Source of the DNA: Methanobacteriota archaeon
GTDB taxonomy: Archaea > Thermoplasmatota > E2 > DHVEG-1
Length of the DNA stretch: 64,000 nucleotides
Reading direction: 5' to 3'
Assembly (NCBI GenBank): GCA_963769885.1
Contig: CAVYNH010000007.1
Coordinates: 192,001-256,000, forward strand
A program made the position numbers and the translations under genes. This document shows, piece by piece, positions 58,241 to 64,000 of the stretch. Positions within the stretch are counted from its first letter, which is position 1. Each line of letters opens with the position of its first letter. The notes below the pieces were generated by a model, which was not told where the DNA came from, made no database searches, and worked only from the letters and a program-made list of their open reading frames with translations.

Positions 58241-58414
58241 TTAGTACCGCTTCGGCCGATGATTCTGATAACAATCCTTGCAGTACACCGGGCGCGACCC
58301 GTCGGGTTTGAACGGAACCTGCGTCTGCTTCCCGCAATCCGCACACGTCACATCATGCATCTCACGAGGCGCACCAAAATTCCGCCCTCGATCAAATCTA
58401 CGTTGTCTTTCCAT
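58241..58414 (-). CDS. CxxC-x17-CxxC zinc-ribbon protein
   Basis: PREMH.VTCADCGK..QVPFKPDGSRPVYCKDCY. Confidence 0.9.
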   Translation of the reverse strand: MERQRRFDRGRNFGAPREMHDVTCADCGKQTQVPFKPDGSRPVYCKDCYQNHRPKRY

Positions 58415-58595
58415 AACAAACACTTCCTTACACAGTTCTTCCAAGCCCCTAAATCCAAACCGGGGCCCATACCCACAGCGAATCCCTATTCAGTTTATAA
58501 TAATATCCGACACCCCAAAAAAACCACCACCCCACAGCAATACATTTTTATAACGACACAACCTTAAAACTATGTACAGAAAAGGGGATCACCAT

Positions 58596-60517
58596 ATGAA
58601 GACCATCACCAAACCAGCCATCAGCCTCCTTATCCTCACCCTCATCGCCTTCAGCGGCACCACCGCTCTCGCCACACCCCAACCCAGCACCCACAGCATC
58701 CATGACACCATCACCACACCCACCCCAACCCTCACCCCCACCACGACCGGAACCAGCATCACCCTCACCACCGCCGACACCTACACCAGCACCCCCGGCG
58801 ACCCCCAACTCCCCACCATCCACCGCACCTACGAGTTCCCCCTCGGCACCACCATCGCCTCCATCACCGCCATCCCCCAAGTCATGATCACCATCCCCCT
58901 CATCGGCCTCGTCACCACAACCCCACGGCCCCTCGCCGACCCAGCCTCACAATCCCCCGTTGTCACCCTCAGCCCCGCCTACACCATGGACCAGGCATAC
59001 CCTCTCACTTGGTCGTCATACTACCTGACCGGTGGTCTAAACCGCCAAGACCAGTCCACCGCATTCCTGACCATCGAACTCCACCCAGTCCGCTATAACC
59101 CCATTCGCCAGACACTCCAATATACCACCGAATTCACCCTCGACATTAACTACCTCTTACCTCAGTCAACCCCCACTCTCACCAACGAGACCACGCTCGT
59201 CATCCTCACCGCTGATAATTACAAGCATCTCCTGACTCCCCTGATGAACCATAAGATCGCCTGCGGCATCAGCACTAAAATCGTCACCATCGACGACATC
59301 AAAAAAGGAGCCTATTTCCCGGCCAACGGGCGCGATATCGCTGAACAGATGAAGTATTTCATCAAGGCCGCGCACGAAAACTGGGGTACCTGTACGTGAT
59401 GCTGGTCGGCGACTTCAGAAAAATCCCGACCCGGGACGTCTGCATCGAGACGGATACCGGCGGACTGTATCAAGAACTTGACTTCCCATCAGATCTCTAC
59501 TTCGCCGATCTCTACGACGGAACTGGTAACTTCTCCAGTTGGGACACCAACGGTAACGGCAAGTACGGCGAATGGCCGTTTCCAGAGGGTCATGCCATGG
59601 TCGACGCTATGGACTTCGTCCCGGATGTCCATGTCGCCAGACTCGCCTGTCTCTCCAAAGCAGAGGTACGAACCCAGGTATCGAAGATCATCCTGTACGA
59701 GACCATGACCGCGAACGCCAGCTGGTTTTCCCGGATGGTCGTCGCTGGCGGCGACACCTTCGATAAAGCCATGGAGGGCGGCACCGACTACAATGAAGGG
59801 GAGGTCACCACCCAGGCGGCCCTCGACGTCATGGACAGCTTCACTCCAATCAAGATTTGGGCATCATTGGGGAACCTGACCACGGCCAACATCCAATCGC
59901 AAATCGACCAGGGCGCGGGGTTCCTCTACCTCTGCGGCCACGGCAGTCCGAAGAACTGGGGAACTCACAACAATGGCGACTATAAGAACTGGACTGAGGG
60001 CATGCACAACTCTGAGATCAGGGAGCTAACGAACAGGAATAAATGCCCGGTGCTCATGGTCGGTGGCTGTCACAACAGCGAAATTGACGTCGCACCCATC
60101 AACCTCATCAAAGGCATCCTGACTGAAGGACGCGATTACTTTACGATTACGGCTGACCATCTTGGCGGCTACTTCCTCTACAACTACGCGCTTTGGACTT
60201 GGAGCTGGGTCTTCGTCAAGGACTCTACCGGCGCGATCGCCTCCATAGGAAGCAGCGGGTACGGGTGCGTGGACATCGGGGACCACGACCATGATAACAT
60301 CCCTGACTGCACCGAGCGGTACGATGGATGGCTCGAGATCGAGTTTTTCCGACTCTACAGCCAGAATCACCTCACGGTCTTAGGGCAGACGTACGGCGCA
60401 GACATCACCGAGTACGCCCACAACTTCCCGGTCCTGACGAACAGGTATGATGCGAAAGTCGTGGCCACACACGTGCTCCTCGGCGATCCATCGCTTCTTA
60501 TCGGCGGATACAAATAA
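58596..60517 (+). CDS. Second secreted C25 (gingipain-like) peptidase; 1-nt frameshift near 59390
   Basis: Signal peptide and propeptide (PG.PQLP), then YVMLVGD, SDLYFAD, GHGSP, GGCH, LLGDPSL; frames join at GGTACC/TGTACGTG. Confidence 0.82.
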
Positions 60518-60553
60518 AAAAAATGGAAGGAGGAAGAAAAAAGACTCCTTGCC

Positions 60554-60907
60554 TTAGGTATTAGAAGAGTGGACCAGCCAGGCATCCCGTGGGATCTTGT
60601 CGTAGATTGCGTAGGGTGTCTCCTCAGCGAGCCTGCGTTTCGCGCCGCCGCGGATGCCGTCGATGTTGAAGGACCAGTAGAATTTGCGGACGTACTTGCC
60701 GTTTTCTTTGATTTCTTCGCGGCGCAGGTTGAGGAGGTTTTTCTGATGGAGTTCGTAAAAGAGCGAGCGGACATGCTTGTCCAGACTCATGTCCTCGACC
60801 TCCTTGCGGCCTCGGAAGGCCTTTGTGATGGTCCTTGCGAGCGCCTCTGCGTCCTCGCTTGACATGTCGAAGCCGTTTTTCAGTGCCCGTTTAAAGAGTG
60901 TGTTCAT
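60554..60907 (-). CDS. DUF6015-like winged-helix protein (paralog of 52240-52629)
   Basis: R.LFYEL....LL..RREE....G...R.FYW...IY.KIP..AW. Confidence 0.7.
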   Translation of the reverse strand: MNTLFKRALKNGFDMSSEDAEALARTITKAFRGRKEVEDMSLDKHVRSLFYELHQKNLLNLRREEIKENGKYVRKFYWSFNIDGIRGGAKRRLAEETPYAIYDKIPRDAWLVHSSNT

Positions 60908-61043
60908 ATCCTCGTCACCACACTCTTCCCTTTGCCAAGTCTTCTTATTAACGAGTTATGCGACGGGCCTTACCCGGTTCCTGTACAACTGTTGCCTGAA
61001 CCAAAAAACTTGAAAAAAACAGGTCAATGCATAGTCAGTCTAA

Positions 61044-61235
61044 TCACTCGTTCTTGACAATGCCGAAGAGGGCGATAAAGAAGGCGACGATCTCGATGAT
61101 GACCAGGGGGAAGAGGAGGTCGTTGATTTTCGCGGCGCTGAGGTTAACGCTACCCAGCGACGAGCTGAAGATGAACCGAAGCAGTAACATGACACCCCAG
61201 ATGCCGACGCCGAGTGCGATGAATGTCTTGTTCAT
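61044..61235 (-). CDS. Small two-TM membrane protein
   Basis: 63 aa with two hydrophobic helices. Confidence 0.6.
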   Translation of the reverse strand: MNKTFIALGVGIWGVMLLLRFIFSSSLGSVNLSAAKINDLLFPLVIIEIVAFFIALFGIVKNE

Positions 61236-61343
61236 AGACTCATCCCATTTCTCCTTGACAGCAACTCAATATTCATGGCGACATTATAAGACCTTCGGCA
61301 GAGGCGAAGCCTATTAAGGATTCATCGAGATTCCTTGGTCACC

Positions 61344-62009
61344 ATGCCTTCCTATGTCATTCAAGGGTCCCATCAACGCCTCAATGTGGGGAAGATTATC
61401 GGCCTCGCCCGGACGTACCGAGCGCATGCCGCGGAGATGCATGCAACGGTCACCGAAGAGCCTCTGCTGTTCCTGAAGCCGGAGAGCGCGGTGATCTTCA
61501 ACGGTGACAGCATCATCATCCCGCGATTATCACACTGCCTGCACCATGAGGTCGAACTCGGCGTGGTCATCGGGAAGAGCGGGACCGCGATACCAGAAGA
61601 AGAAGCCCGGAATCATGTTTTGGGATACCTGGTCGCATTGGACATCACCGCTCGCGATATCCAGGATGAGGCGAAAAAGAAGGGTTGGCCGTGGGCGATC
61701 GCCAAGAGCTTCGACACCTTCGCCCCTATCAGCGACGTCGCGCCACGCAGGCTCGTCCCTGACCCCATGAATTTGGAGCTATCGTTGCAGGTGAATGGGG
61801 AACGCCGTCAGCATGCGAATACTAGCCTGCTGATTTATTCCCTCGATCACATCATCTCGTTTGTCTCAGAGGTCATGACCCTGTGTGAAGGTGACCTAAT
61901 TATGACGGGGACGCCGGAGGGTGTTGGTGAGCTGCGAGAAGGGGACGTGCTGGAGGCCAGGTTGGAGGGGTACTGTACCCTGCGGGTTGATGTGCGTCGG
62001 CATCTTTAG
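61344..62009 (+). CDS. Fumarylacetoacetate hydrolase family protein
   Basis: FLKP, HHEVELGVVIG, DITARDIQ, KSFDTF.P, GDLI.TGTPEGVG. Confidence 0.92.
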   Translation: MPSYVIQGSHQRLNVGKIIGLARTYRAHAAEMHATVTEEPLLFLKPESAVIFNGDSIIIPRLSHCLHHEVELGVVIGKSGTAIPEEEARNHVLGYLVALDITARDIQDEAKKKGWPWAIAKSFDTFAPISDVAPRRLVPDPMNLELSLQVNGERRQHANTSLLIYSLDHIISFVSEVMTLCEGDLIMTGTPEGVGELREGDVLEARLEGYCTLRVDVRRHL

Positions 62010-62924
62010 GCGATTTTGAGGCGTTCTTTTAACATACAGGTTTTACAGGTACTGCTGGGAGGTCGGCTCCTGGCAGCCTTTGCAGTGGTTCAGAGGGACA
62101 GCCGGATATTTCTCTAGGAGAAGGCCTCTGAGACCGTCGTAGCTTTTCAGGATGCTGTGGCGAGTCCCAGGACTGGCGTCCTCGAGCTTCGCCAGGATGT
62201 CGCGGTAGGTTCCGCGGGCAGCGCGGACCGCATAGGGGCATTCAGCGTTGTGGAACTCGAAGCCGCGCAGAATTGCGTAGAGCATGACTTCCTGTTCAGG
62301 GATCGTGCGCAAGGGCAGGCCGCGGGGGATGAACCCGGGCTGGATCCGGCTGTGGGGGCCGAGTCGGGTGAGTTTTTCGAGGTCGGCGTTGACGAAGTTC
62401 ATGAGGATGGATTGCGCCATGTCGTCGAGGTTGTGGCCGGTCATGAGCCGGTCGACACCCAGCTGCCGGCTGGCGTGGTTGAGGCAGCGGCGGCGGAAGA
62501 CGCCGCAGTAGCTGCATTCGCCGATCTCATCGTGCCGCGTAGCAATCTCATCCATGGTCGCGCCGATGAGGTCTTTGAATGGGATGATGTGGTGTTCGAT
62601 GTCGAGAGCGTCGCAGGTTCGTTTTGTAATCGGGAGGCTGTGGTCGCGGTAGCCGTGGATGCCTTCGTCGACGGTGATGGCATGGAGGGTGATGCCGCGT
62701 CTTTTGGCGAAGATCTGGTGGGTGAGGTGGAGGGTAGTGGTGCTGTCTTTGCCGCCGGAGAGGGCGACGGCGATGGTCTCCTGGCCTGTGGTCTTCCATT
62801 GTTTCTTGAGGTCTTTCTTGACGCGACGTTCCACGTAGTCCTGGAAGTGGGCGGCGCAGAGGTGGGCTCCGCTGTAGCGGATGTAGGTGGCGGCAGGGGC
62901 GCGGCATTTGTCGCAGGTGGTCAT
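62006..62924 (-). CDS. tRNA 2-thiolation protein TtuA/Ncs6 (TIGR00269 family); 1-nt frameshift near 62048
   Basis: N-terminal CxxC...CxxH; SGGKDS, CSYCGVFRR, GHNLDD, CPY; the final CxxC (CKTC) lies in a shifted frame ending at 62006. Confidence 0.88.
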
Positions 62925-63146
62925 AGGTGGGCGTTGGTCCTGTGGATGTTTGGTGCTGATTCTCTGGTTGTATTTAGAAGTTTCCTCTTTCGGGGAGAGG
63001 ATAGTGGGTGTGTTATCAGGAGGTGCGGATGGTTTTTCTCGGAGGGTGGTGTGTTTTTTCCAAGGTTTTATATTTCACGAGCGTATATCATCAGGCAAGA
63101 TACACTCTAACTAGTCGTTCGTGTGAGAAGAGTCGAGGAGAGTGCT

Positions 63147-63905
63147 ATGCCGGTTAAGCGTGAAGTATGTAGCACTGGGATTGAAGAGTTGGATTTGAAG
63201 ATGGAAGGCGGCATCCCCCTGGGGAGCACGGTGTTGATCACGGGCTGCAGTGGGTCCGGGAAGACGACGCTGTGCATGCAGTTCCTGTTCAATGGAGCGC
63301 GGAAGGGGGAGCGTGGCGTGTTTTTCACGATCACGGAGCCGCTGTTCAAGTTGACGAAGAACCTGGAAGGGTTCGGGTTCTATGACAAGAAGCTCATCGA
63401 GTCCGGCATGGTGAACATCATCGACCTGCGGATCATCAGTGAGCGGCTGGGGCTTGATGCGGAGAAGTACACGGTGGAGGACGCAGGCGCCCTCTTGGAT
63501 ATCTTGAAGGATATCGCGGATGAGCTGGATGTGAAGCGGCTGGTGATGGATTCGATTACGGCGCTGTGTTATCGGCTGCAGACGCGGGAGATGATCCGGG
63601 ATTTCATCTTTAAGCTGGGGACGTCGTTGGCGGTGATGAACTGTACGACGATGTTGACGTCGGAGGTGCCGCCGCAGACGTTTAAATTTTCTCAGTATGA
63701 GATCGAGGAGTTCATCTCCGATGGTATCTTTTTCCTTGGCGATGTGGAGCGGAAGGGGGATTTGATTCGGACACTGCAGGTGATCAAGATGCGTGGAACG
63801 CCGCATTCCCGGACGAAATTCTCCATGAATATCTCGGCGCAGCGGGGCATCGAGCTGATGCCGCTGTTGAAGTCCAGTGAGTTTGAATCCTTCTTGAAGA
63901 GGTGA
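63147..63905 (+). CDS. Single-domain KaiC-like (RecA-superfamily) ATPase
   Basis: STGI..LD....GG.P, GCSGSGKT, RLVMDS, EEFISDG, KMRGT.H. Confidence 0.9.
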   Translation: MPVKREVCSTGIEELDLKMEGGIPLGSTVLITGCSGSGKTTLCMQFLFNGARKGERGVFFTITEPLFKLTKNLEGFGFYDKKLIESGMVNIIDLRIISERLGLDAEKYTVEDAGALLDILKDIADELDVKRLVMDSITALCYRLQTREMIRDFIFKLGTSLAVMNCTTMLTSEVPPQTFKFSQYEIEEFISDGIFFLGDVERKGDLIRTLQVIKMRGTPHSRTKFSMNISAQRGIELMPLLKSSEFESFLKR

Positions 63906-63913
63906 GTCATAAC

Positions 63914-64000
63914 ATGGCGGATGCAGTCATCGAAGGCATACGGGATCGGGTGTCGGCCGCGATCCGGGTGAACAACTCGGTGGGGATCCAGGTCCCGGAG
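63914..64000 (+). CDS. Partial gene downstream of the KaiC-like ATPase (truncated by window end)
   Basis: GAGGTGA RBS and ATG; frame open to the window edge. Confidence 0.5.
   Translation, partial: MADAVIEGIRDRVSAAIRVNNSVGIQVPE

Noticed and set aside
59396-59399. TGA as selenocysteine or readthrough joining the two C25 ORFs
   Set aside because: The two ORFs are in different frames; a 1-nt indel explains the break and readthrough cannot.

Overview
Archaeal chromosomal segment. The aIF5B, L18e/L13/S9/RpoN, RPA, GPN GTPase and DUF6015-like genes and the gingipain-like secreted proteases point to Thermoplasmatota, probably MBG-D/DHVEG-1-like (taxon is an inference). It carries housekeeping genes and a peptide/short-chain acyl-CoA fermentation region: ETF, acyl-CoA ligase and dehydrogenase, a B12 mutase with isobutyryl-CoA-mutase signature residues, crotonase/Hbd/thiolase, a divergent AbfD-like protein, Fhs and an OPT transporter. 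It also carries several modular secreted proteins. Most notable: (1) an ~8.4-kb element integrated in tRNA-Pro(TGG) (12-bp att duplication at 8144-8155 and 16529-16540). It encodes an integrase, a full tail tape-measure protein, a small-terminase-like protein, Zn-finger proteins and an RHH switch, but no recognisable capsid, portal, large terminase or tail tube, so it is a candidate archaeal virus satellite. (2) Three intergenic, promoter- and terminator-bounded hairpins with CU-rich loops (28.1, 34.7, 36.6 kb), two sharing loop motifs: a candidate sRNA family. (3) A ~205-nt structured ncRNA candidate at 37.3-37.5 kb. Three single-base frameshifts in otherwise intact genes probably reflect assembly indels. 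All assignments come from manual motif reading; no database searches were run.
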